Shown: positions 11,801 through 25,098 of the stretch, piece after piece
Position numbering within the stretch: the first letter of the stretch is position 1
How the letters are laid out: each line of letters starts with the position of its first letter
Assembly: GCA_030295235.1 (NCBI GenBank)
Contig: AP026123.1
Span: 2,046,001-2,110,000 of the forward strand
Direction of reading: 5' to 3'
DNA length: 64,000 nt
DNA from: Fistulifera solaris
Taxonomy: Eukaryota
The notes under the pieces: generated by a model
Database searches by the model: none
The model's input: only the letters and a program-made list of their open reading frames with translations
Told to the model about the DNA's origin: nothing
Position numbers and translations under genes: made by a program

Positions 11801-12160
11801 GGTGCTGATTCCGGCACGGTACTCAGGCTTCTGATTTATATACAGGGGAATGGATTGATTTCTTCTTAGTGAGCCTCAAAAATTATTGAAGTATTGAAGT
11901 CCTTCATCCGATGTCGAAAGTGGAGTGTTGATGGATGAAATAATGCGCGAAAAAAAGCACGGGTGACAAATCACCGTCTGTTCGTCAACGGTAGTATCCG
12001 TCTATGCAAGCCGAGTCATGAGTCAGTCACGAGTTGTCTAATATTAGCATTGGCTTGATTTTTGTCATAAACCACCACGACGACCGTACGACGTCTAAAA
12101 TACGGCTCAATGTTCATAAGTTATTACTTATATATTTGTTCATTCCAGTACTGGCTCTAT

Positions 12161-12993
12161 TCATTCATCCATTTCCATGGTAGCCGCCGTCGACGGAGTT
12201 CCCTCTTGCATAGGTAAATCCTTGAGCAGTGACTGAGACTGATCAATCATTGGCTCCGTGTTTTCTACGGTCGCATCACCCCATGGAATTGAAAATTTCG
12301 TTACGCGCGGTTTATCGGCCAAGATTTGCCGTTGCACGCGTCCCAAATGCCGGCTCGGATCAAAGCTCTTCTGCGCCTCGTCCGGATCTTCGGTCGGTTC
12401 TTCAGGAATGTATTCGTTGTTGACGTAGTACCCAATGCGCACAAACTCTCGTTCCCGGTACGAACAAGTCACCAAAACGACCGTGACACCCAGAATCTCT
12501 TCCGCCGGGAGTTTGTCGACACGTGGCGGGTCGGCTTGGAGGACAAACTTGTTCAAACCGACAGGGACGGGGCCGACGAGAATTTCGTCTAGTACTTGAT
12601 CTTGGTGAGAATCGTAGGCGGATCCGACGTACAGGACTTTCCATTCGAGGTCTGCAGGCAATAAGGACGAAAAGATTTGTTAGTCAATGAGTTTTTAGAG
12701 CGAAAAAGCACTGGAATGTCGGACGAGCATTTGCGATTACCGATCTGGTGAATGTTGCATTGCTTCCTTTTTCATCTGAAACAGATCCTCTTACCATCAT
12801 CGAGCTCTTGTAAACATTCGAATGTAATTTCAAATTGGAAAGGGTTCGAGAAGCAGGTTGGATTGTCTAAAACGGACTGTCATTCGTAATCGGAGCAATG
12901 AAGAAGCGTGAGAAAATGGTTCTTTCGCAACAAACAGAACGACACGAAGTAAAACACTTGACCTACCATGTTGGTAACGTTTACCAATGCCAT
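12161..12993 (-). CDS. ASF1: Histone H3-H4 chaperone ASF1 (3 exons: 12993-12967, 12876-12795, 12651-12161)
   Basis: Spliced product MALVNVTNM|SVLDNPTCFSNPFQFEITFECLQELDD|DLEWKVLYVGSA...EFVRIGYYVNNEY...KPRVTKFSIPW. GT-AG introns. Confidence 0.97.
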
Positions 12994-13432
12994 GATGACA
13001 AGTTCAATTTTAGTTTGAAAAGAAGGAAGAAAGACGATGATCACTTCGTAAATATAATGAATGAATGCTGCAGGCAAACAATGAAATGTTTTTTCTGTCG
13101 ACCCATCTTTTGCAGAAGCGGCGCACGATTATTTTTCCCGCCAAAGGCGGAAATATTCAAAGCAGTTGAATTGAGTACCGCATCGTACATTTACATACCT
13201 GGAATCGTACTGGCCCGCGTGCGTATCTCACTAAAAAATACTCCGGAGTATAAAAATATGTATCTGACCGGTATCGATTATTCATGCTCAGTAGTCTAGC
13301 CCATAGCTCAGGCCATCAGCTAAGGTTAGCTGTTAGCTAAGGAGTTGTCTTTAGTTAGCTTCTAGAGCTCTACAAAATGTACACGATACTTATTCAAAAC
13401 TGCACTGAATTTACGGACTTAGGCTTTTGTTC

Positions 13433-16272
13433 CTAAAAGATTACATAGCGACTTTTGTCCACCATTTCGAAGAAAGATTTGGTAAAGGCGCAAACTTCGT
13501 CAAGATCGTAGTCGGGTTCCAACTTATCCGTAATACCTTCATCGATGGACAACAGAACATGCCCCCAGACACCCATCCAGATATCCAAATTCATAAGAAG
13601 ATCTAAAGTAGCAACTTTGTTGGCGGGAAAAGCTCCAGCCAAACTTCGAGCACAATCCTTGATGTTACGCGACCAGCCCGTATGTTCGGATAAAGCGTAT
13701 ACAAACTCCAGCAAAAAGGACCCAACCACAGGGACGTTCACAGAGAGAACAAAAGCGTCATCAATCTTCATTGAATCGTGAATTAATCTGATTCTATTCC
13801 AAAAATCGGCCATAAAAGTGTCTTGCTGTTTATGCGCTGCATTTCTCTCGATTGAAGTCGTGTGTATGCTTCCAAAATCCTGTAGGACGAGGCGTCGAAA
13901 AGAGGAACTATAATTTTCGGGGGGAAATAGCAATTTTCTGTTTGCGTAGTGCCATTTAACTGGTGAGTAGGCAATTCTTTCACTATAATAGGTAATAAAG
14001 GTACAGCACCTCCTTACCTCCGCATGTTCGATTGCTTCCAACTCTCGCTACAAATGACAATTGTATTATTCTCATTGGAAGCAGTGAGACGAGCAGCTGC
14101 TTTGGCGTTCAGTCCAAACGACATCCAGAACACCTTGTAACAGGATCCCTTGTCTGGTTTCCCGCCAACCCACACAGCTTTTGTATCTTTGAACACTTCA
14201 TCCAATTTTTCCAAAATGGGAATATGGAAGGACCGGTCGTGAATTTTGAGACCATTGTATAAATGCAGTGCAAATTTCAATTGGCCCACTGAATTAACAG
14301 TCGCTCGCCACAAGTCAATAGAGCAGATATACGTCGCATATAGCATGTACTCTCCTGCAATAAAAGGGTTCCAAAACGCAAGATATACATTTTTTCTTGT
14401 GCTGATCAATTCGATCAATCTCATTGACAGTAAAAGCGGACTGGGCATAATCCGCAATCTCACTGAACTTCAGGATGTTGCGGTAAAACAAAGAACAGTT
14501 TTCATGATCTTTGTTGCTAGTAGCCGCGACCCCCAGTTGTTCGAAAATCGTATCGAATGACTGCTTGGAGTACGCTGCAAGACGAGCCAGATCGCCGTTG
14601 CCTTGAATTACAAAAATGGAAATCAAAACCGCGTGCAAACCGAAGGTCATGGCTGTGGGCCCCGGGCATGTCCGGTCACCATTTAAATGCTGCTGAAATA
14701 GATCGAGCACAGTAATCAAATGCGACCGGTGTGGTAACCAATGATAAGGCTTTTCTTGACAATTGCCGATAAGCTCCAGTAGAATCGATCTCTGAAAGGG
14801 TTCATTGAGATCTCCACAAATGCGACGGGCGGGATGTTTGTCCTCGTCAAAAGGATTCTTTCGAAGGCTTGAGGCCTTACTAAGACTTATTCTTTGTAGA
14901 TTCTCAAGATCATATCCAGCCCAGAACAAAGCTTGATGGACCAACCGTTGTGTATTCACCATGCAGCAATCACCTCCAATGTACTTGAATGAACTCAACC
15001 ATGAGTGTGCTTTCCGTCCAATTGTAGCTTTGATGCCTGTCTCGTGAATAACTGACCGGTATACCAGAGTCATAGTGTCTTCCACATATTGTGGTGTCAG
15101 CCCTGATATTGCGATAAACTCTGGAGGACAGGGGTTAAGCTCACTTTTGAACCCCCATAAAACGCAATTTTTAGAACGTCCGCCACAAACTCAAGGGCCA
15201 TATGAGGATTCGTCCTCAATCTAGTCTTCGCAATCCTTTTGTTCATCTCTGCAACGATGTCCGTCAAAAACACGAGCGCAAGAACATGATAGAACGACGA
15301 TAGATGGGGGTGATCAAGCGTCATTTCGTTCTCTGCGCGATTCACACATTCCGTGGCCTCATTGGCAACGACAGCGCATTCCATCAGTAATTGCATGGTG
15401 CGCGACGAAAGCTGTTCCTCAATGGCCTCCATCCTCATGTGTTCTTTAAGCAAGACGTACTGATCATGCACGGCCTCCATTAGATCATCCATAAGCTGCA
15501 AGAAAGCCATGGCTTGGAATCGATCGTCACCCTTCAAAAGGGCTACTTTGATGTCAATTTCTTCCTCCACCTCAACTCCGACGTATTTGGGAACGTTTCC
15601 ATCCTTGATATCACGGTCGATATCCCCCCAATCGATGTCTTCGATCGAGTCATCATCGTTGAGCGTCAATGCATGAAAACGCCCGCCAATCGAGTCCAAA
15701 GCGCCACCTTGATCCTCTTCGTCACTCGCTTTGCAGACGGCGGCAACTCGATTCCCAAATTGAAGCGCGCTTCGACAATAATGCAACACATCGATGATAT
15801 ATTGATGCCCGAGATCGCCTCCGACTTTCGACCCGAACCGCTTTGCTGCAACTCTTTCTCGCAATCGAATACTCGAGATTAAGGTGCTCATGATTTCTGG
15901 CGGGGCCACAATGAGATTCGCGGACTGCATGTCATTTTTGTTCAAGTAAACATTCATGTTATGCTCCACGATGCGGTCGACACCTCTGCGGTAATCATCA
16001 ACTGCTGTCATTTTGGAGCTAGGACAAGCCTCGTTTGCCATCCAGTTGTGAAAACGCAAGCTCTCTTCCTTGTACCGCTGATAAAAGCCACCGTCGCTGT
16101 TGTTGTTGCCATCATTCGCTCCTACTACATTCTTCTCAGGCGATGTAGGTAGCGTCCCTGTTATTCCCTGCTGTCCGCTTTGTTGAGTTGCGGAGGCTCG
16201 CGGGACTGGTCCCTTGTTGTGTTTGTTGCTTCGGCCCTTCTTTCCCTTGTTGCGTCCTTTGTTGTGCGGCAT
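13433..16272 (-). CDS. Large hypothetical protein, probably DUF6604-containing, split over four ORFs
   Basis: Consecutive same-strand ORFs 15097..16272, 14315..15085, 14014..14463, 13433..14041. N-terminal FYQRYKEESLRFHNWM...IRLRERVA...GHQYIIDVL resembles the DUF6604 pattern. At least two breaks lie at homopolymers. Confidence 0.55.
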
Positions 16273-16848
16273 GTTTCAATGTTCAGAGTGTGTTATTGAA
16301 AATCGACAGAAGAAGATACGAAATGCGACGATAATTGCGAAATTTGGCCTCAGTTTTCTCTCACGCAAGGACAGCGGAGGCAGAATCATCCTTGGATCAA
16401 TCACCACACTTCGGTCATCGAGAAAAAAATCGCCTTTTGACAAGTATGTCGAAATGGTTTCATACCCCGCACCGTCCGCAACGCGGCCCGGAATTGCCGA
16501 AACATCATAGTTGTAGTAATTGTAGAAATACAAGTGTTATTGAAAAGAAATGTTGCAAAGGGATCAAGCGAAGAATAAGAAGTTTCGAACGATTATTCTT
16601 TTTTGAAAACACACTTATAATTCCTCCTCGTCGCGTCTCGCGTCTCGCGTCGTCCAAGGGGAAATCACTTGCGTAACCGTACTACGTAGAGAGTACCGGT
16701 AAGGTACCGTTGGGATTTTATGTTACTATGTCGATCTTTTCATTGGCATGCTGCGCCGAGCCAGCTAAAGCGACCGAACCTTAGCTAAGGGAGAACTCTC
16801 TTTTCAAATAGTTTACTTATTCTATAGAAAAATGAATAAGTTTGAGCG

Positions 16849-18917
16849 TTAATGATCTACAAAAGCTTGCGCTTCTTTTTTCTTCTTTTGTGCCACAGCT
16901 GTTGGCACTTCCACGTTCTCAAACGACATTTCTACTTTTTCAACCTTCATATCATCCACATCCACGAATTGACTTCGGCGAACCGGTTCCGCTTCTCGAG
17001 GGACGTAATTATGCTGATGACGGACTTCGTCCCTCCGTGATCGCATCATCATTTCCCGCTCTTGTTTATCCTTTTCCTGTCGCTCTTCTTCCCGTTTCCA
17101 CAGGCCAGGTTCGGGATCCACACAATCGGGAACTTGGCCGGTCACGGATGCCGCCACGAATCCAAATCGACTCCCGCAGTCGACCAACACATCCGGCACG
17201 GGTCGTTCACTTGCCGCTTCCCATGCTTTCATCATGTACTCGTCGTGCACTTTCGCTTGTTCGGCGGAAAGATACTCAACATGCTTCTTGAGCAGATGCT
17301 TGTGCAAAAGGAAGTGTCCTTGAAAAGCTTATGACAAAAGTGGAAGGAGCAACGGGCTCTTTGATCGTCGTCGAGTACGGAATGATCGTGGAGCCATTTA
17401 TCGCGCACTTGATCTTCGGCGGATACAATCTCGTTGGCCTCCTGGATCACTTCTCGTGCAAGTCCCAGCTCTAGTGCCACTTGTTCGTCACCCGCGACAG
17501 CAGAGACCAATCCATCAACTCGCTCACATTCTTCCAGTGCTCGCTGTATACTGTCGTCTAGTCTCTGTACAAGCAAATCTTTCACGGCTTCTCCATTATT
17601 GTCCAAATTCTTAGCTTCATCGGCGGCCCGTTTCAGCGTGGCATCAGCATCTTGTAATCGCAAGTGTATCGTACTGGAGGGGTGTCGACCGGTCAGAGTA
17701 TCAACGACCGCTTTCGCGGGCTGATCACACCCGTTATAAAAAGAAACCAAATGAACGCGTCTTAAATAGGCAATGCAAACGTCTAGCACGTCTTCCACAC
17801 TGTCGTCATTAAGATTGTCGCCAAATAACTTTCCCAGTACCGCATCAATTCCGCAATCGGTCGGCATATGTCGCTTGCGGTCCAGGGATTGTGCCAGTCG
17901 GAGTGCGGCAGCTTGATCCGTCGCGCAACGCGTCGTGGAACTAAGTGCCGCCGTCAAAACGGACGTGGTGGTAGACCCCGTTCGCAGGCGCTGAACCGCG
18001 ACAATCGACTTTTTGATGGGAACCGTCGATCCGTTGGGCGGTGCACCCCCGCGACCGTCGTCATCATATTCGAGTCTTCCATACGGATCTGAACAATCGA
18101 CTTCTAAATTGATATCGTCCTCATCGTCTTCTTTGCGAGGCACGGAACGATCCTTGCGCAATGACGAAGTTTTACACAAGGTGGTCCATATATCTTGTAT
18201 AACAGAAGCTTGTCCCATCACAATGGCTTGTCTCTGCAAGACAGAAGCCCCCGCGGTGGGGATGAATGATCCAGCATAAACTACCAAATCGGATTGTTTC
18301 AAATCTGGGAGAGTGCAATGATTCAGAATGGCGATCACTAGCTGTTCATCTGTCACGACACTGGGGATCTCCGAGACTAAAAGAGCGGTTTCAGTGCTGC
18401 CGGGTTGTTGCCAAGAAAACAAATGCGAAGCGGGCGGCGCCGAAACGTTACTTGATTTGACTCCACCTCCGAGCCTAGCTCCTGTTAAAAAGGAAGCTTC
18501 GTCCTTGACCATTTGTTGCCACAATGCCCGAGCTTCTTGTACCGATCGATTTCGTTCCAGGACAGCAAAGCGTTGTCGTCCTAATGGAGAATAACGCGAT
18601 CGAAACCACGTATCGTCGAGGTGCTTGTTGAAGAAAGCTCGAACATAGTTCAAGCAATAACTCTGACGATACGCCTCGTATGCCGTCTCGTCTGTCGGAT
18701 TATTCTTTTCTTTCCACAAGAATTCGCAAAGCAAAGGTTCCTTTGCGTATTCAAGTGAAGGGTGAACGTTTGTTTTTCTCCGTTCGGGGGACATGTGACG
18801 CGGTGAAGCCGTTGATGGCCGATGTCGGTGATGATGATGATGCGGTCCTCGACGCTCATAATAATCATCCTCGTGACGGCCTCCAGGAACCTCACGACCA
18901 AACTCGTCGACGACCAT
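16849..18917 (-). CDS. ARS2: SERRATE/ARS2 RNA effector homolog (frameshift ~17308)
   Basis: YEAYRQSY...FFNKHLDDTWFRSRYSP (DUF3546-like), LDVCIAYLRRVHLVSFY, C2H2 finger CSFHFCHKLFK...(L)HKHLLKKH. Confidence 0.85.
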
Positions 18918-19328
18918 GCTCCCTTTCAATTTCCAAGTTCTGCAATCGAAACACACAACGCGGGCCTGTCTGTTTATAATAATTCGATTGATTTTAAAAA
19001 AAAATTAGCAAAGATTGCATGGCGCATCATCGTCGCAATCGCAATGGAGGCAAGCACCAGGTGCGGGTAGCGGACGGACGGACTTACATGAATCATCATC
19101 TAAACGGTACCAGTAGATGATCTTCATGGGACTTACTTCCACGTGGCATTTCCTTTTGCGACGAAACTTTTTGTCGCATAGCGAAGAACATTTTCTAAAC
19201 ACAAAACACAAAACCGATCGAGCGAGAAAAAATAATTGAATACGGCCTCTTGTTTTTCTTTTCGCACACCATGGCAGGACAAAACGACACGCATTCAATC
19301 TTTAAAGGCAATCGCAAACAATATAAAT

Positions 19329-20083
19329 ATGTCTGTCCTTCTAACAATAATCCTAGCAACCTTAGCAGTGTCAAGCGGTACGTGAAAATCGTAACGATCG
19401 TTCTAGTACGGGTTGTTTATCGTCGCAGTTCCTTCTTTTGCGTCTTTCCTACTGTCTTTACTCAGCGTTTTGCGCTTTCTGCAGCGGACGAAAATGCCGT
19501 TACGTGCGGTTCGGTCATTAAAATTCAACAAACGGATACGGGTTATTACCTAAATTCCGAAACGAAGAATTTAAACGCGGGAAGTGGTCAACAAATTGTG
19601 ACGTTTGTGAGTGACACGGCGACGCACAATACGTTGTGGTGGGTCCGGCCCGCCGATCATGCCACACCCAGCAGTGAATATCCCGCAGGAGCCACCTGTC
19701 GGTTGGCGGAACCGATCGAATGTGGATCTCTAATTCGCTTGACGCATCAATCGACGCGACGTAATTTGCATTCACACAAAGTAGAATCAGTGCTCAGCAA
19801 ACAGCAGGAAGTCACAGCATTTGGTCAAGGAGACGGGCTTGGCGACGGAGGCGATGACTGGAGAGTTGTTTGTCGTGAGAAATACTGGATGCGCGGTGCA
19901 CCGGTGCGGTTGCAGCACAAAGATACTGGCTTCTTTTTAGGGACGGCCAAGTCGTTGGAGTTCAACCGGGATACTTGTGGAAGTCATTGCCCAATCATGA
20001 ATCATCTAGAAGGCTTTGCACGAAAAGAAGAAGACAGTCATTCTCTGTTGAAAACAGAGATGGGGATTCATATTTCTAAGTAA
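19329..20083 (+). CDS. SDF2: SDF2/SDF2L1-like MIR-domain ER protein (intron 19378-19484)
   Basis: Signal peptide MSVLLTIILATLAVSS, then VTCGSVIKI...GSGQQIVT...CGSLIRLTH..TRRNLHSH...LSKQQEVTAFG..GDGGDDW. Confidence 0.92.
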
Positions 20084-20198
20084 ATACAACCTCGCTTTAA
20101 GCGAGTCCAAAATTAGAGATCCATTTTGTGCAAGCTATTGTAACAATTACATGCGCATCTATCGCTTGGATGAATGAGCTTCATCACGATGACGCTTC

Positions 20199-21764
20199 CT
20201 ACTCGCAACTGCTGTCATCCTCACCATAGCTGTCTTCATCGTCCCCCAAGCTGCTAATTTCGCTATCGCATCGCTTCAGCGGCTCGACCGGCCAGGGGGT
20301 CGTGGAAAATAAGACTTCCGTTTCCAAAGCCTCCACTTGTTTCTGCAACGCAGTCAACCCTTCGGCGCAATCATTGTTTTCGATAGGAGAGAGCAGCTCT
20401 TGCGCTTTTTCAAACTGCTCGATGGCGCCACCCGGTGTAATCATGCATCCGATATTTCCTGCGTCCTTGCGGAAGCAAATAAAGGAAGGGATGGAGTTTT
20501 TTCCCGGCAACGAATAGAGAGGAGAGGTGTGAAGCACCATTTCACGAAGTGCATCCTGGGACATGTTGTGAAGGTCATCCTTCTTAGAATCGACAACAAC
20601 ATGAGCAGCCGTGGGTATTGTCACGGGGGACGAGGATGCGATCTTCGACCGCATTCGCGACTTCGGAGAGAAACAAGGCGTTGCAGGCACAAAGTCGCTA
20701 TCTAATTTCGAATCATCGAAAACTTGATCCTCTGGGTTTGTTGTTGCTGGGGGTGCTGCTTTCTTTGTTCGCCTGGGTGACTTGAGGGAAAAACAGGGTG
20801 TCGCAGGCTCAAAACCCTTGTGCGGAACCGGAGGAGGCGGTGGTAGTGTGCTGGCGGCACTTGCGTCCAAGAGGCCATTCTGAATTTCCGATTCGACCGA
20901 ACTTTCACTATTAGATGCTGCATCTTGCGAATGGTCGACACGAGAAGAATGACCCACGAAAACGGAGCTTTGCGCGTTTACCGGCGTCAGTTCGAATGCC
21001 AAATCGTGCTGGCTACAACTTGTGGTATTGCAGTCGGTTGCACGATGACCACTGTTGCTAGCACACAAGACAGAGTTGATCTTTGTTGCTAGCGCTTTGT
21101 CGTCCAGAATGCTGTGTCCCGGGGAAAGCCTTGCGGTACTGCCATCCAAAACATAGTTGATGTTGTCGGCCAAAGTTTCGTCGTCACCGATATTGAGATG
21201 TTTGGTGGACGTCCCGCTCAAAAGAAAATCAATACTTTCAGCCAGAGCGCCGTCTTCGTCGTGATCTTTCAACAAACGGCCTCTTTTCATGCCAACAGAC
21301 TTCCGCGATTGAAATGACACTTGCCGTGGACAGAACGACAGCTCACGCACGGGCTTTTCCCGGCCGGAAGTAAACTCTTTCGCAGTGCGCGTAAGATTCT
21401 TCGATAGATAGCCACGACGAGAACTCGAATCGGCTGTCGAAACAGATGCCACCTCGTCCGTCGTGCTGCTGCCTTCATTATTTGGGTAAAAGGTTTGACT
21501 AACAGAGAAATTCTCGATGACGCTCTTCTTGGAGCCCTTTTCAAACACGGCTCGAAAAATCCGGCGTGCGCTTTGGATATCGGATGTTCCACGGAGTGAG
21601 TGCTGTCGTCCTGTGTTATATTTTCTCGACTTGAGCTCGGCATGCGAAACGGGAGCGGAATCATCTGACGAGACGGAAGTATGAGATGCCTGGCGATTTC
21701 CTTTCAGCATAGACCGACGATCGTTGCGCATGATACCGAGAGAGTTCTCTCGTTCTATCTTCAT
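20199..21764 (-). CDS. Hypothetical Ser-rich low-complexity protein (521 aa)
   Basis: Long ATG-initiated ORF with internal repeats (LAxxIxxxLxG x3; PATPCFS x2). No family recognised. Confidence 0.6.
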   Translation of the reverse strand: MKIERENSLGIMRNDRRSMLKGNRQASHTSVSSDDSAPVSHAELKSRKYNTGRQHSLRGTSDIQSARRIFRAVFEKGSKKSVIENFSVSQTFYPNNEGSSTTDEVASVSTADSSSRRGYLSKNLTRTAKEFTSGREKPVRELSFCPRQVSFQSRKSVGMKRGRLLKDHDEDGALAESIDFLLSGTSTKHLNIGDDETLADNINYVLDGSTARLSPGHSILDDKALATKINSVLCASNSGHRATDCNTTSCSQHDLAFELTPVNAQSSVFVGHSSRVDHSQDAASNSESSVESEIQNGLLDASAASTLPPPPPVPHKGFEPATPCFSLKSPRRTKKAAPPATTNPEDQVFDDSKLDSDFVPATPCFSPKSRMRSKIASSSPVTIPTAAHVVVDSKKDDLHNMSQDALREMVLHTSPLYSLPGKNSIPSFICFRKDAGNIGCMITPGGAIEQFEKAQELLSPIENNDCAEGLTALQKQVEALETEVLFSTTPWPVEPLKRCDSEISSLGDDEDSYGEDDSSCE

Positions 21765-22331
21765 TCTGTTGCCTAATGGTAGTCTTCAACCTCTAAGCTC
21801 CTACGTTATGAATGCATGCAATACCAGGTACTACGTAAAACGAAACAAACGTTGATGTTTTGTTGATGACACGAGCTTTATTCCGTCGGCGATAGGAAGG
21901 AGCAAAAAGAAAAATGCCGCTCAAAACAAAAATAGCCAGACACTCGCAGCTCGCAGTACTCAATGTCCCAGTATCATCCAGTCACCAGTCACCAATCACC
22001 AATGCCATGTCACTACATATTGTAGCACAGTGCAACTGTGAATCTTGAACCATTTACTTAAGCCCCACATGGCGCGCTCCTGCCTCCTGCCCCAACAGTA
22101 AGCCTTACCAGGTAAAATCCACTCCCATCTTTGGCTATGATCTCTGAAGCCAAAAAAGCAGGTCTCAAATAAATTACCGAAGACTTTCCGAGCTAGCAGC
22201 TGAAGACTTAAAAAAAAAAAACAAGATTGAAGATGCAGCCTTTGAGGCACAAGACAGGTACCAGGTAGACACATCTGTCGTGTCATGAACGTTAGTGCTA
22301 ACTAGACCTAATTTTTGAGTCGGTTTGCCAA

Positions 22332-24014
22332 CTACATTAGAAGCCGGAACGACGTATTTTCAGGTATGCAGCTTGCCGTATCATCCTCATCGTATCCACA
22401 AATTTTTTCAATATCTACTACTGTGTGAGAGATGTCAATTACACGAGGCATACCAGGAGGTAGATTGGCACTGCAGTCGGAAAAAGAATTCTCCTCGACA
22501 ATCTCATCAATTTTTGGCCACACTTTGGTGTTGCTCCCAAAGGTACTAAGAGAGTTCATGGACAACATGGACAACCTTCTCTTAGCACTCGTTCGCTTCG
22601 ACGAAACGTAACTTTCCAGTTGTCGCAAAGTATGTTTGAGTCGTTGTATCTCTAGTTCCTTGTCTTCGGCGTTCCGCATCGCATCTGCGGCAATCGACAC
22701 AATCTGAACGGCAAGCTCCTCTTGGCGGAGAACCAAGGAGTCTATCAAATGGGCGACGCGGTTTATTCCCAATTGACCCAGATCGGAACAATCGAGAGAC
22801 GAAAACGAATCAGACAACTCTCCCCCCTACTAGGGATGAATCGGATGCATAATGAGTTGATGCATTGGAAGCTGCAGAAGTTTGTTCGTCTCCACTTTTG
22901 ACTCGAGAAAGGTAACTCTTCTTTAACTTTCGGAAGGAGAGCAATGACCCATCGTCTTTCGTGGCAGTAGACGCCTCCGAAGCATCTTCGCCGCGACAGG
23001 CGGCCAAGGGAATTCTCTTCTTTCTATTCTTTTTCTTCAACCTCTGAAGGAACGTTGGTTTTACTTCAATTTCGAGTTCTCTTTCGTCCGCAAGTTTTGC
23101 CATACCCAACGCCAATTCACCGAGTGCTTTCGAGATGTCATGCTGAGACTGGAGTAGCTCTGTGAGAACTCGAGCGGAATTTTGCTTTGCATCGGATTGA
23201 CCACTGAGTTTTAATCGTTCATCTAACACTGGTGTTTGCGAGAAACAAGAAGCTGACATTTCGAATTCGGTTTGCGTCGTAGAAGCAGGCGCAAACATTG
23301 TAACACTGTCACCCAGACAAGATTCGAGCTCACACGGAGACAGCTGATCAACAAAGAGAGAATGCTCAACACCTTCCCCGGACGACGAATCGAGTATCGC
23401 TTCACCTAGACTAGAGTTACTCTTTATTCCACTTGTCGTGGAACGAGCACCAGAATTCCCAGCCAGAATTGTATTGATCCTTTCAGCAAGTTCTGTGTCG
23501 TTGAACCTCTTTTCCCACTGAGTAGAAAGTCGATGCGATCAGCGAGATCTGTGTCGTTCTGATCATCCAGCTGAGGGGTTCTGCTGTCGACACTAGAACG
23601 AGGAGAGTTTGATTCCGATGGTTGCAAACGATTTGGTTTGAAAGACTGGCGGAGTTTATCTCGTCTCGATATGGACTTTTTCAAAACGTTTTTGGAATCT
23701 TTTGTTGGAGGCTGTCCACCTGGATTCTTCTTCGCTTCGTCTGAATATACGAGATTTGTGGCACATTCAACAATCGCTTGTTCAGGATGGCTCCAAGAAA
23801 CATCGTGCGATGTACTGCATTCAGTATACAACGTCGCATTCGACGCACTTCCATCGGGTGATGTCAGAGTCTGGGTCTGAATTTCTGTTCGGTCTATGTT
23901 AGGATCACCTTTGATTTCGCGCGGAGCATCAAAGTTTTTCTCCCCGCGTGAATCTGAGCTTCTTTTCAGTAAGCCGCCAACCGAGTTTCTTCGAAATACA
24001 TTATGCAGTTTCAT
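22332..24014 (-). CDS. Hypothetical protein with short coiled coils, split over three or four ORFs
   Basis: Adjacent same-strand ORFs 23424..24014, (23223..23405), 22810..23298, 22332..22817. Shares the LADRIDFLLSG motif with the downstream gene. Confidence 0.5.
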
Positions 24015-25098
24015 TATAGCGAGAGAGCCGTTTGTGTGCGTAGTCGTTTGTAAACGTTCGATCGATTATGTTCTTGGGGAGCGATGTAATTGCCGAACGA
24101 CACGTCGTCTTGGGAGAGTCTCTAAACTTTTTAAAAAACACTGCTAGAGTGAAAGAATTGGGTGATGCGAAAAATGCAGCCCTCCTGTACAAAATTTACA
24201 GCTTGTTCATCAGCAGACTTGAGCCATCGAAAGCTACATGTGCATTGTGCATTTTAGTTTGATAAACGAAAGTGAACGATGAACGATCGAACCAACAAAA
24301 AGCGAAACGCGAAAGATGAGTTCTCTACTTTTTGAAGTCGGCTATAATGTGAAAATGCGGGAAAGCAAGAATGCGGGAATGCGTTTGCTGTTTGCTATGT
24401 AATTTTTTCAGAAGCTGCACCGTCTCCAGTCTCCAGTCTCCATCCAGTACGGAAGATTGTCAGATCGGCAAGACGTCTACTTTTGCAGTACTTTTTTTTA
24501 GATAGACAATGGCACGAAACACGAAATTAAAAAAATACAGTAAATCAATCGAGAGACGGAGACGGTACTTGATTTCCATTGACCAGACATCGAAGTATCG
24601 AACTGGAATGTATTAATTGATAGACAATAGACAATAGACATCTTGCAAAGTTGGTCGTTGGTCGTTGGTCGCGTTTTGCGTTTTGCGCTCCACGTCGGAT
24701 TAAGAATTAAGCCATGTTCCGTTTAGCGTTTAGCAAAAAGACTACAAGTAAATACAGTAGAGTTGTTAAGCCCTGGCAATGATCTACGAAATGACACATT
24801 TCTTACTTCTCACAGATTAAATCAATCACGAACTGAGTTACGAGGGTTGTGATTGCCTGATTATTACGTCCAGTATATTGCCCCACTCAATAGTTCATTC
24901 ACAACTCACAACACACGGGACACGCGGCCACGAGTCCCGAGAAGAACACAATTTCTATTCATTCTCCATAGAAAAATCTGCCTCTCGGCTCTCGGTAGAC
25001 TACATTACCTCCGGAGTTCTGAACATGGTAACGTAGTTACAATTTGAGTTCGATAGACTAGAATAAAAGTGTTTAGTGTGTGGTAAACTTTAATGACT

